Shown piece after piece: positions 13,893 through 27,077 of a stretch of 64,000 nt of DNA. Below the pieces are notes generated by a model. It saw only the letters and a list, made by a program, of their open reading frames with translations, was not told the DNA's origin and made no database searches. The DNA is from Eledone cirrhosa. Taxonomy: Eukaryota. Both the position numbers and the translations under genes were made by a program. Numbering within the stretch: position 1 is the first letter of the stretch; every line of letters begins with the position of its first letter. The stretch spans positions 27,528,001 to 27,592,000 of the forward strand of contig OZ024750.1 of assembly GCA_964016885.1 (NCBI GenBank), written 5' to 3'.

Positions 13893-14415
13893 TGCCGGCG
13901 TACAATTTAACTCGGCGCATAGGCCGACCCCCTAAAATTCGGAGTTGTCATTCAGGTTTAGGCCTATATTCGCCGGATAAGATGACCTAAACCCCCACGT
14001 AAAAAAATAACCCCCACCTAAAAGGAAATAATTAAAAAAATTTAGTGGCGTGCTAAATACTAAAGCACTTCTAAAATATTTCAGTTGCAATTGAGTTCTA
14101 ACTAATTGAGTAAACCAACCTAGCCTAAACTTAACGAACCTATAGTAACCTACCCTATGAGTTATGGCAAGTCATTGATATTATCATAATCTGTACGTTA
14201 AAAAGACTTAACAAATATGAGATTCAGTAGGAAATAGTTGTCATGGGCAGCTAGAGTTATGGTAAGTGGTGTACAACGAGTGATAGGCAGGCAGTTTCAT
14301 TGTTTACCCCTCAGTGGTAAAGGTTCACATTTTATATTCGGTGGACAAGTCGACCCCTGGTTTTGAAGAGATAGTTTTAGGCTTCAAATGTCGAATTGTA
14401 CGCCGGCATATACAG
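13893..14415. mobile_element. Tc1/mariner-superfamily (Tc2/pogo-like) MITE
   Basis: Perfect inverted 15-mer TGCCGGCGTACAATT (13893) / AATTGTACGCCGGCA (14394); right end TATACAG-TA. Confidence 0.6.
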
Positions 14416-15070
14416 TAATTATCATTATGACTTATGTAGAGTTGGAAGGAAAATGGCGTATTTGCTGAATAACGAAAAAAAAATCACCATTATACAACAA
14501 AGTACAACTGGAATAAAACATTTCTAGAGAAAGCTAATCGTACTTAAACTAAATTACTTATATACCGGATCTAAGGGTATGGATTCTTTCATGTATAATT
14601 TTATGTTCGCCTATTGACATTTCAATTATATTTCTTTTAAATTGAATTATGTTTATTTTACTTTCGAAATACAATTGCTAATTCCACTAAGAAATAAGAA
14701 TTAAAATATAATTAAAATAAACAGAAATTTAAACAAAGCTGCCAAAAACAGCGCCCTACCCTACCACCATCCACTATACATACAATCTCTATAGAACCAT
14801 ACACTCACCAACACTACTGTATATTTTTTTGTGAATTTTATGGTTTTTCTTCGTGCCATAAACATATTTCAGATTTAAAGATTAAATTTCAACTTCCCAG
14901 CTTGTTGCATACTTAAGGTCAATTAGGTTTACTAATAACTAACTACCACAATTGCTTCTTTCTCTTAACCATAATACTAGGTTTACTAACCACAAATATG
15001 TATGTATGTATATATGTATGTATGTATGTATATATGTATGAATGTATGTATGTATATATATATATGTATG

Positions 15071-15662
15071 TGCTACTGGTAACATGTATCCCAGTACAAC
15101 CTGTCTCATGGTCGGGTCGTTGGCGACTAAACTGGCAACCCCACCAAGGTTTCTTGGTGAGGAGGGTGACTTTGGACATCCTGCAGGACTAAAAACAAAA
15201 CCTGTCAAAGGGCAAAGGAGCTCTTAAGAGTCAATGGCCATACAAAATCACCGGGAGAGATGAGCCCTTAGCCTTTGTCAAGGCAGAATTCTAGAAGAAG
15301 GAATCTCTGATATAACACCTGCAACCCTGATGATATCCAATGATGTTGACTTGTTCTTCTTTTTGGTAAATATCATCTTGGTTAAGAGAGTGGGACTGGC
15401 TTTGTGCAGTGCCTTTGCTCACTATAAAAGCTTCACGGCACAGGCATTGCTTTATATCTGGAGATCTCTCTGCACTTGTCATCACATGGTACCATAGGCC
15501 CAACACAATGTGTCAGTAATTGTCACAAGTGTAGTGTTTGTACCAGAGTTTTCAAGTCGCTGGCTGGACTAAAAAGTCACATTCGTTCAGCGCATCGGTA
15601 GGGGTTCTCGTACATGGATATAAAGTAGTGGCCGTACTCGAAAACGAGTTGGCAGCCACCAT
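15071..15662 (+). mobile_element. Bipartite non-autonomous RTE-derived element in (TATG)n
   Basis: 5' motif GTCGTTGGCGACTAAACTGG resembles RTE 5'UTRs; 15521-15601 encodes CSVCTRVFKSLAGLKSHIRSAHR* (RTE C-terminal C2H2); no RT between them. Confidence 0.6.
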
Positions 15663-16076
15663 ATATGTATGTATGTACGTATGTATGCATGCATGTATGT
15701 ATGCATGTGTGTATGTATGGACGCATGTACATATTTATGCATGTATGTATATATACATGCAAGTATGTATTATGTATGTATGCATGTATGTATGTGTGTA
15801 TGTATGTATATGTGCATGTATGCAAGTATGTATGCATGTATGTTGTTTCTCATTCTTTGCGCATCTCTTTCATTTCGCCGACGTTAACTTTGCCTTTCAT
15901 CCTTACGGCGTCGATAAAATGAAGTACCAGTAATGTACTGGTAAATTGCTGGCCTTGTGCCAAAAGTAGAAACAATTATATATATATATATATATATGGG
16001 GGGGGGGGGGGGTATCTACGTGTCTGTGCATGCAAACACACACACACACAAATATATATATATATGTGTGTGTGTG

Positions 16077-16115
<39 letters not shown>

Positions 16116-16509
16116 GTATATATATGTATACACACACACACATACACATATATATGTATATATATATATATATATTATGGCGCTAAGTAGTGATTCTTGA
16201 TACTCTGGGAGCTTCACCTGCGCACTCGTAGGAAAGAGAGAGAAATTGAGAGAGAGGTGATAGGCATAAGTCTTCTAGCCACCACCATCACCACCACCAC
16301 CACCACCACCACACACACACACACTTTCTTTATCTCCCTCACTTTCTTGGTTAGTTCAAACTAACGTCAACTAACGAGGACAATTGTTACTTTTATCTTG
16401 AAGCCAATATATTTAACGTCGTCTCATGACATCATATCGTCTTTCTTTTTCGTTTAATTTTAAAGTGAAATCCTTTACTTATGAAGATATCAAGATTTTT
16501 CTCTTACAT

Positions 16510-17365
16510 TCTACCACATACACACACACACACACACAAATTCTATTAAATTTTATCACATATACACGCACTAATTCTATGTCATTCTACCACATACACA
16601 CACACACAAATTTTATTAAATTTATCACATATACACACACTAATTCTATGTCATTCTACCACATACACACACACACAAATTCTATTAAATTTTATCACAT
16701 ATACACACACTAATTCTGTCATTCTACCACATACACACACTAATTCTATGTCATTCTACCAAATACACACACTAATTCTATGTCATTCTACCACATACAC
16801 ACACTAATTCTATTAAATTCTACCATATACGCACACTAATCCTATTAAATTTTATCACATATACGCTAATGCTATCAAATGTTATCACATATACACACAC
16901 ACATTCTATATCATTCTACCACATACACACGCACACAAACACAAATTCTATTAAATTTTACCATATACACACACACGTATTCCATTTTCTACCACATATA
17001 CACACTAATTCTATTTTCTGACATATACACACACACTGATTCTATTTTCTACCACATATACACACTAATTCTATTTTCTGACATATACACACACACACTG
17101 ATTCTATTTCCTACCACATATACACACTAATTCTATTTTCTATGACATATACACACACACTGATTCTATTTTCTACCACATATACACACTAATTCTATTT
17201 TCTATGACATATACACACACACTGATTCTATTTTCTACCACATATACACCCTAATTCTATTTTCTATGACATATACACACACACACGTATTCCATTTTCT
17301 ACCACATATACACAACTAATTCTATTAAATTTAACCACATACACACACTAATTTTTCACTTAAAT
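16510..17365. repeat. Degenerate ~31-33-bp minisatellite
   Basis: Repeated CTAATTCTAT(GTCA/TAAA/TT)TTCTACCACATA(T)ACACA. Confidence 0.85.
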
Positions 17366-17605
17366 TCTACCACACACACGCGCTCTATTTGTTCACTTAT
17401 ACTATATATACACTCATCCCACATATACACATACTATATATGTTCACTTTGAAGTGAAATGATGTATTGTATGACTTTCAATTGGAAACTGTTTCAACAT
17501 ATTTTCTGCCTCCTACTCCTTCCTCTTCCTCTTCCTCTTCCTCTTCATTCCTGTTATATGATTCTAGAGATACCTATGTAAATATTAATCCGTAAACTCC
17601 ATAGC

Positions 17606-17675
<70 letters not shown>

Positions 17676-17709
17676 AAAATACTGCAGGTAGCACATGGAT
17701 AACATGTAA

Positions 17710-18293
17710 TAAAATAAGTCCCTCATCAGTGATTTGCCGAAGATCATAGATATTTCATTGCATTAAAAATCATATATCTCACTTCGGTGCAATAATAACC
17801 AAAATAAGTTATTAGGACAATTAAAACGCGTAAAGCGAGTGAGACAGGAGAACAACCGAAAGTATAGCATAACCGTAGGGGACGGAAACAAGCTTCAAAA
17901 ATTATTATTCTCTCTGTTTCTCCCCCTCTGTCTTGTCCGTTAACTCTTCCTCACACTTTCACTCACTCACTGTTTTTCTCCCTCTTCTCTTCATTTCATC
18001 CTGCACTCACGAACGCTATATTTTTCTCTCTCTGCTCATAGCCCTCGTTCGTGTAGGTTCTATTCTCTAAGCGCTCATATATTCACCTAGCTTATGCTAA
18101 ACAGAATAATTTTTGAAGCTTGTTTCTGTCCCCTACGGTATGCTATACTTTCGGTTGTTCTCCTGTCTCACTCGCTTTACGCGTTTTAATTGTCCTAATA
18201 ACTTATTTTGGTTATTATTGCACCGAAGTGAGATATATGATTTTTAATGCAATGTAATATCTATGATCTTCGGCAAATCACTGATGAGGGACT

Positions 18294-18300
<7 letters not shown>
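17710..18300. mobile_element. Inverted repeat (~197-bp arms, ~200-bp spacer) ending in CTGATGAG next to (TA)n
   Basis: 17710-17906 is the near-perfect reverse complement of 18105-18300; CTGATGAG at 18281-18288 with no downstream GAAA. Confidence 0.7.
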
Positions 18301-18325
<25 letters not shown>

Positions 18326-18409
18326 TAATAATAATAAATTTGAAGACTAAAATCCAAAGAGGGCTCGATATGGATAAATATATATCAAATATATATATAT
18401 ACATACATG

Positions 18410-18487
<78 letters not shown>

Positions 18488-18499
18488 CATATATATATA

Positions 18500-18685
<186 letters not shown>

Positions 18686-19050
18686 GAGAGAGAGAGAAAC
18701 CAAACTATTTCGTATATCCTACTGAAAATGTTTGTCATTAAATCACTATGTACATAAATATGCGGAAGTCATACGTTTCAACAATCTTCTAAATTGCCAG
18801 TTACGATATAAACAACACTTTTCTTCTATTCAATCTGGCTTTTTGAATGTTACAGAATACAGAAATCTGCTTTTGTTAGAATCTTATTTATCTAAATGAA
18901 AGAAATCTATCTTATCTTATCTTATTTTAAATTTTTCTTATACCGAATTTATAAAGAATAATTAGTAAAATCAACATCCGGTGGATTTGAATTCGGGACA
19001 GTATCGGACTTGATTGATGTGCAGCGTCAGTTGTCCATAAGGCGGTAGTG

Positions 19051-19124
<74 letters not shown>

Positions 19125-19126
<2 letters not shown>

Positions 19127-19270
19127 AAGGCGGGTAAAATTCCCGAGATCCATGGACGAGTTCTCTCCAGCGGTCTCTGTTCCTCATTATCGCTGCCATG
19201 TCCTGCATCTCCAACAGACCAGTGTCTGTCCTTAGGGCATCAACATACGTTAGCCTTGGTCTTCCTCTTC
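19125..19270 (-). mobile_element. RTE LINE 3' fragment
   Basis: Reverse complement of ~11110-11256. Confidence 0.8.
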
Positions 19271-19367
19271 TGCTATGTATTGAGTACCTTACTTACTGTG
19301 GTTATTCCCGATTTAACCCGGGATCACGCTCTCTCTATATATATATATAAACACATGCACCAGTTGG

Positions 19368-19438
<71 letters not shown>

Positions 19439-19578
19439 GATAAATCTACCAAGAGTTTACGGTAGTGTCCAATCCGTATGAAGAACTCAATGTAATCCGT
19501 GTAATCCGGATATCATGGAAAGAAGAGATGCAATGAAAAATCACTTTCGGTGAAAGATAAACGGAATACAGAGTCAAG

Positions 19579-20124
<546 letters not shown>

Positions 20125-20144
20125 TCACACTATTATTATAAGTA

Positions 20145-20328
20145 GGGACGGTGGATTGGCAGCAGAGTCGGACGCCATGCTTGCCAGCATGGAGTTACGT
20201 TCCTTTACGGTCTGAGTTCAATTCCCGCCGTGGTTAACTTTGCCTTTCATCCTTGCCGGGTCGATAAAATAAAGTACCAGTAATGTACTGGGTTATTGCT
20301 GGCCTTGTGCCAAAAATAGAAACAATTG
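20145..20328 (+). mobile_element. Meta/MESC SINE family A
   Basis: Head, core and tail match. Confidence 0.8.
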
Positions 20329-22609
20329 TTTTGTCATACTGATGGCATCTATGAGCAATATATTCGCTGAATGAATATTTTAATGAATATTTTAATTCTT
20401 CTACAACAACAGTGTATATAATTGTAGATTTTGTTAGTGATTCTGTCATTAATACTTAAGTGAGTTGGACGGAATTCCACAAGACATTCTACACGACGCT
20501 CCAGAAATGCAAGCCTTTCCCCCATAATTAAGGAAAGAGCCTAGCGAGGTGGGGTTGCTTATTGCAGCGGGTGTCGCTGGTCATGATCTGAGGAAATTCC
20601 TTTGTCATTTTGACTTCAGGGTTCAGCATGAAACTCCCTCTGACCTTGGTGTAAACTCTGTCAACCTCTCCCCTTGCTTATTTCTTTCTTACTTTGCTTA
20701 GTAGTCCTTGATCTTCGCCTCTTTCCTTCTCATTTATGACATTTATAGTTCTTTCCACTTCTGTTTTTCTTTTTCTGTATATTTGACAAATTTATAGTAA
20801 TGTTCGAAATATTTTAGTTTTCTTATGCTATTAAAATAATTTTCTTAGTTTTGCCATTTACGACTAACAAAAAGTATTTCATCTGTATTTTGTGAACTCT
20901 TTTGTGAGTGTATTTCTAAGAATCATTCCGTCTATTTGCTGTAGTTATATCAGTTAAATCCTTAATGACAGTATTTCAATTAATTAATGAAGAATTTTTA
21001 GGTATTTTCTCAATATTAGGTCAGTATTTGTAAAATAACTTACCAAATATTAAATAACAATGAAATGTTCTCATACAAATAACCACCCTTAAAATGGCTG
21101 CCGTTTTATTTTTTTTAAATGGAAGCAAAGTTAGTTTTAGACGCGTTGTTATCAAATGTGCGCTACTCTTTCATTTATTGGCCTTTTGTGATTTAGAGGG
21201 GACACAATGTTTGTTAGGGCCTTAAATATTCCCTATAGTTAATTAATGCATACATTTTTGCAAATTCTAAAAAAATATATATCATATATATATATATATG
21301 TATGTATGTATATACACACATACACACACGCACACACACACACACATACACACACACATATATATATATGTATGTATAAGTAATTAATTTTTCGGTTATT
21401 TCCGCTCTGTTTGACTATATTATTTATTCGTGTTAAGTTACCGCGACATTTGTTTCAGTTTCGAATATTCACTTTAAGAATTAAGAAGTAATGTATGTGT
21501 ATGGTTATGTGTGTGTCTGTGTGTGCGTGCATATATATATATATATATATTTATAATTTATATACATATTTGTATATACATGTATGTGTGTGAGTGTGTG
21601 AGTATGTATATATATATATATATATATGCGAGTGTGTATGTATAACATATGTATGTATGTTTGTATGTATGTACGTATGGTTATATGTGTATATATATAT
21701 TTATGTATGTATGTATTTTGTTTGCTTTTATGTATGTATATATATATATGTGTGTGTATGTACGTATGTGTCCTTTGGCTACCACACATACATATGTAAA
21801 TATATACGCTGTATCCAAGTCGTTTTACGTTATTTGTCAACACATTTGAGAAGCGGGTTATGAAATTAAATATAAAAATCTCTTGTAGGTCTTATTTCCC
21901 ACCCACAAACATGATTCAATAATTACTGTAAACAACACTAGCCTGGAGAATTTCAGAAGCTTTTATTACCTTTCGGCTATATTTCTATAGCCATAGCCGA
22001 TGACATTTTGCTAAGGATCGCTCCCAAAATATACCCACCATAGGACAATTAAGTAGTAAGACCTTATATAACCCCAACATAACAGCAACTGGAACTACAC
22101 ATGCTGTATGTAAGTTAATTGTGACTTTCATATATGAAGTAGAATGGTTTTGATTTAGCTGTAATTGTGCTACAAAGTAATCGCTCAATCAAATCTTGAA
22201 TTATGTCATCAGGAATCTACCAAAACGTATCATAAATCTAACATGGCAGAATAAAAGAGCGAAGCAATATCATTTCTGGAAGGAACCAATTGCGTAAGAC
22301 AATCTACCTTAAACAGAACAACCGAGCTAAAGATAGAAATGAATAAACTACTAACACAGATGTTTTATTTAAACTTAAGGATATAGGATTGACCTGAAGA
22401 TATACAACATAACACATACATAGAACCGGGGAAAATGAAGTCTCTAACATAAGACAGTTATTTGGTGATGAGCCACCGGGCTCTATTAAATTTACACTCT
22501 ACTCCCTAGCTCCTAATATATATATATATAATATGTTATGATGCAACACTGACTCTTTGTTCCTTTATTCTTATACTATATATATATATATATATAGTTT
22601 CTTTCATTA

Positions 22610-22742
22610 CCAAAACAGAAGTCCGATGAGCTTTTGATTCCAGAGTCTGGCCCGATCGATAGAGATGTAGCCTTGAGCTGATCAATCGCAAAACGAGCGT
22701 CACACCTCAAAAGATGTAACGAAGATCTAACACCTCGTTAGA
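22610..22742 (+). ncRNA. Degenerate hammerhead element in (TA)n
   Basis: CCGATGA-GCTTTTGATTCCAG...GATCAATCGC-AAAA-CGAGCG-TC; homologous to 50222-50313 and 7614-7680. Confidence 0.45.
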
Positions 22743-22779
22743 TATTATATATATAAATGTATATCCATATGTGGTTGAC

Positions 22780-23026
22780 GGCTGAGAGAAAAGAGTACGC
22801 AATACCGAAGTAGAGCTTTAATATTCATTTTATTAAGACTAAATAGTGAGTCTTGTTACTCTGGTGTTTTGCTTGACACCGGTGGTGTCACAATTCGTTT
22901 CTACAGCTAAGTAGACTGAAATAATGTGTCTTCTCAAGTACACAATGCATCACCCAATTCGCAAATCGAACTCACGACCTCCCGATTGCAAGTATAACGC
23001 TATAACCACTAAGCCATGAATCTCTA
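22780..23026 (-). mobile_element. Diverged tRNA-derived SINE
   Basis: ATCGAACTCACGACC...ACCACTAAGCCA is the reverse complement of A/B boxes. Confidence 0.55.
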
Positions 23027-24142
23027 CCCAACCAAGAGTACTCAGTAAGCAATAGTAAACCTGACAACTCCACCGCTTTTACTGCCCAATTTACTACAAA
23101 TCCACAAAATTCCCCTTCGTGTTCATTCATTTCTCAAACCTGTCAAACTTACCATTCTCTACACAAAGTCATCAAATGAACTAACCTCTTCGGGGAAGTA
23201 AGTTTCAAGAGTGTTCCCTGTGTTGAATTTAAACAGTAATGTTTCAACTAGCATTTATCGTTACTAAACATTTACTTCTGGACATAATCTTCTAACTCTA
23301 AATAGAGAAAACTCATTGATTCTGACAACTTTTGTTGTGTCATTTTTACTTCGAACTTCCCAACAGACAATAGAACCAGTTGTAAATGACTGCTTCTTTG
23401 AAAATTATAAGACTCTTAGTTTCTATAGTAACTCCTTAGGGTTGTGTTGTGAAATTTGGTTATGCAAGATGTACTTAGTGATTTGTCATGAAGGATGGTT
23501 TCAGTCACGTATTTAAATGTTTGGGATTGGTCATTGATTAAATATATTTCCTTCCACGTGAGGGTAATCTATGTGGGTAATCTATGTGGAAGTTGTGACT
23601 AATTAGTTGAAAGGTGTTGAGGTCTCACGTAGCAGATAACGTTGTGTAATAGCTTGATGCCATGTAGGATGTTCTAATTAGACAATGTGGCAAACTTGTG
23701 CTCCACTATTTAATGAATCATAAACTGTAATTAAGTGGGAAAGGTTAGCTTTAACGTCAAGTGAGAAGTGAAATGTCAAGAGTTTATATAACGTTGCTAT
23801 CAGGTAAAAGACACTTGTTTATATCAATGGTAATTACTACAGACTGGTGAAAGTGGTAAAAAATGTTCATACCAATTGTTAGGACAATCAGTATGAGAAG
23901 AGTGAGAAAGTTCGAACACGTCGAACTTTCTTTCCTCTTTCCAGTATAAAGCGTGAAACTAATAAGACTTTTTGTACCTCTGTTTTTTTGTCTCCTTCAA
24001 CTATATATATATTTATATATATGCAGGAGTTATATTTAATTTGTTGGGATTCAACAAGCTTAAAAGTTTTATAACTGATATAAAGCACTCAATAGTTTAC
24101 TGGAGTAAATATTCAATATATTCAATATATATATATATTTTG

Positions 24143-24207
24143 TATTTTATCTGATGAAAGCGCACCAAAATTGCCTTGGTTGCCCTTGAAATATATATAA
24201 TAAAATA
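24143..24207 (+). ncRNA. Type I hammerhead (complete core)
   Basis: TATTTTAT-CTGATGA(24151)-AAGCGCACCAA..TTGGTTGCCCTT-GAAA(24188)-TATATA-TA-ATAAAATA; preceded by an inverted copy of the element's 3' tail (~24025-24110). Confidence 0.8.
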
Positions 24208-24270
24208 ATTATGGTTTTATAAATATAGTTTCCATTTATTAATATATTGTATATATTTATATATATATAT

Positions 24271-24352
<82 letters not shown>

Positions 24353-24580
24353 ATGTGTGTACTCATATACAAAGGCAACCGAAACTATGGAGTCCCTCCT
24401 TCATTATGTTGAGATGTGTAACGACACCGTGATGCTATTGTTCCACCTGTTAAATATGTATTTATTTGACATAGGAAGTAGCAAGTCTTCCTCAAATGAC
24501 ACCCCATTGTTTAATGCATGGTTTAGAGGATAGAACGTAAAATAGGAGTATACATCTATCTATCTATCTATCTATCTATC

Positions 24581-24780
24581 TTCGTACTCCTGGAGATGAG
24601 GGTTGCACATTTTTTTTCGGGGGTATGTGTTACCCATATGTAATGACTCCCCCTATTGGGGAAAATCGATTAATTTTTAAATTGCATTTGTGATAATATT
24701 TTACACGTTTTTATTGTATGTAAACTTCCCCCTTTGTATTTGTCCCTTTCTTTTGTGCCCCTGTGGCTAATAAAGAAACA
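24581..24780 (+). mobile_element. Tx1-family 3'UTR fragment
   Basis: AGGGTTGCACATTTTTTTTCGGGGGTATGTG...TTTGTGCCCCTGTGGCTAATAAAGAAA, matching 30565-30740. Confidence 0.8.
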
Positions 24781-24823
<43 letters not shown>

Positions 24824-24872
24824 ATATCTACGTATCTATTAATCTATCTACGCATCTATCTATCTATCTATC

Positions 24873-24962
24873 CCATTATTGTTAAAGATTTTATGTAAAA
24901 ACCCCGCCGTCACATTTTGTAATATCCCATTTGTGTACGCCCTTGTGGTAAATAAAGAAATA
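24873..24962 (+). mobile_element. Short Tx1-related 3' end
   Basis: ...GCCCTTGTGGTAAATAAAGAAA followed by (TATC)n. Confidence 0.6.
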
Positions 24963-25243
24963 TATCTATCTATCTATCTATCTCTCTATCTATCTATTTA
25001 TCTATCTATCCATTTATTTATATGCATTTATCTATCTATCTTGATAGAGTAAGACACGCTTCACATCGGCTCCGCTATTCCATCGGGATTTACCCTTACT
25101 ATTGTAAGTACCGGATAAATTTTTCAGTGCAACACATTTGGAACACTAACCCCTGTTATTTAGGGAAACATTTTTGCATTTACCCCCTTTTTAGGGGGTA
25201 AAATAAATATCTATTTTTGCCGAAAAATTTCGTTCTTGGCAGC

Positions 25244-27072
25244 ATGGCGGAAAAAAAGGCAGACATATCTGCCATTAGCTCTGCCACGCCCCCCAAGTCT
25301 GAAGAACAAAAAATAATTACAACAAAATTAGACAACGAAACAAACAAAGAAAATGAAAAAACAAATGTTAAGGAAAATGAGCAAACGGAAAACAAACAAA
25401 CAGAAAATAATACAAATAACAACAGGGCAACTTTCGCCCAGAAAACAAAACAATCCATTACATACACACCAATTGACCTAACGGCCGCCAGAGAAAAACT
25501 GGCCGAAGCAAAGAAACACATTGTTTTGGGGGAGAACGGAATGTTTTCCATTAACTCCCCCCCCCCCCCAGAATTCAAGAAAGCGAGAACAGAGAACACA
25601 GTTCTCTTCAGAACAATCCTAAACCAAACAAGAAAGCCAGCACAGCCCAGCCAAATGGAGTTGGTCCTAAAAGACTATATGAAGAATATTCTCTTCATAC
25701 GAAAGGACCGACTCTATGGCAGCATTTCGGTCCTAACAAAAGACAAGGAAACGGCGGAGAAGCTTTCCCTAAGCCCACTCTCATCGACAACATACAGCTT
25801 CTATCCCTCCTACATGGGTAGAAGAACACAGAGAGTAAAAATACAAACAATGCTGCCCACAATGGACTTCTGGTGGGCTATTGCTGGCTTCATAGACATG
25901 GGCGAGGACACAGTGCTGTCAATGGGGAAGGCATCCGGAGATGCGTTCCTGGGAATGGGCCTCGACCTACTAGTCCAAATGAGGCCCGAAAGAATAGCAC
26001 AAATCCCGGATCGCATCTGGCTGGATGAGCTCACCCCAATAGATATAATTGTAGAGGGGAGAAGACCAGCATGCTATTTATGCACGGAAAGGGGACACAT
26101 TAAGGCTAACTGCCCGAAACGTATCCCCCAAAAAGGACTATTGCCCACACCCATCACAAACAGTACACCAACACCACCCACCTCCAAAAATACACTAATA
26201 CCACACACAGCAAACAAAATACAAACACCACCAAGCACAACACAAACATCACCACCACCAGCACCAAACACAAGCACGACACAAAAATCACCACCACCAT
26301 CACCAACACAAACACCACCACCACCATTACCAACCACAAGCACGACACAAACAGCACCACCACCACCACAAAACGCATTCCAAACAAATAAAAAAAAAAC
26401 AGCAACAAATCTACCCCTCCCGCAAAAAAAAAACAACCAGACACGACGTCCCTCCCACCTAGCGCTGAAGAGTTTCCCCCAACTTCTGAAGAAGAAGGAG
26501 GAGAAGCCTTCAGACAAGGTAAAAGAAAAAAAAGAAAGCACACACCCAGCACACCACAAATAACCCACACACAAACACCAACTCCAATAAAAAACACCAC
26601 ACCCTCAACAAACAAAAATAAATCTGCGCCTCCCCTCTCCGAAACATTGACAGCATCACAAAAAAAGACATTGCAATACACATATATAAATAAAGAAAAC
26701 AAAAAACTGTTTAAATTAATAAACAATAGCCCTTTGGTGCAGACCGAAGGGCCAAACTTTATCTCAACAGAGAACTTCACCCATTTAAAAATGATAAAGG
26801 TCCCTCTGGACCTTTATCGTTCCTTAAAAGAACAATTTAGACAGGACGTGAGCCCCCCCCCCTGTTTAAAACCGTTAAATCGCGTCCTCTTTAAAGATTT
26901 CCCCATAACCTCCCCTCTCCCTGACACAACTCCAAACACCCCAACCCCACCACACTCGGGCACCCCCACACCACCACAAAACATCCCTCCACCCAACACA
27001 CCTGACGCCATGGAAATTACACAGCCCGGAGAGGTAGGTGCTATTCTTTCTTCACTTTCAACACCAAAATAG
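25244..27072 (+). pseudogene. Tx1 ORF1 (gag-like, CX2CX4HX4C zinc knuckle, Pro/Thr-rich C-terminus), frameshifted
   Basis: ATG at 25244; CYLCTERGHIKANC; probable frameshift in the A-runs near 26390-26435; distal frame ends at 27072 just before ORF2. Confidence 0.8.
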
Positions 27073-27077
27073 ATCAA

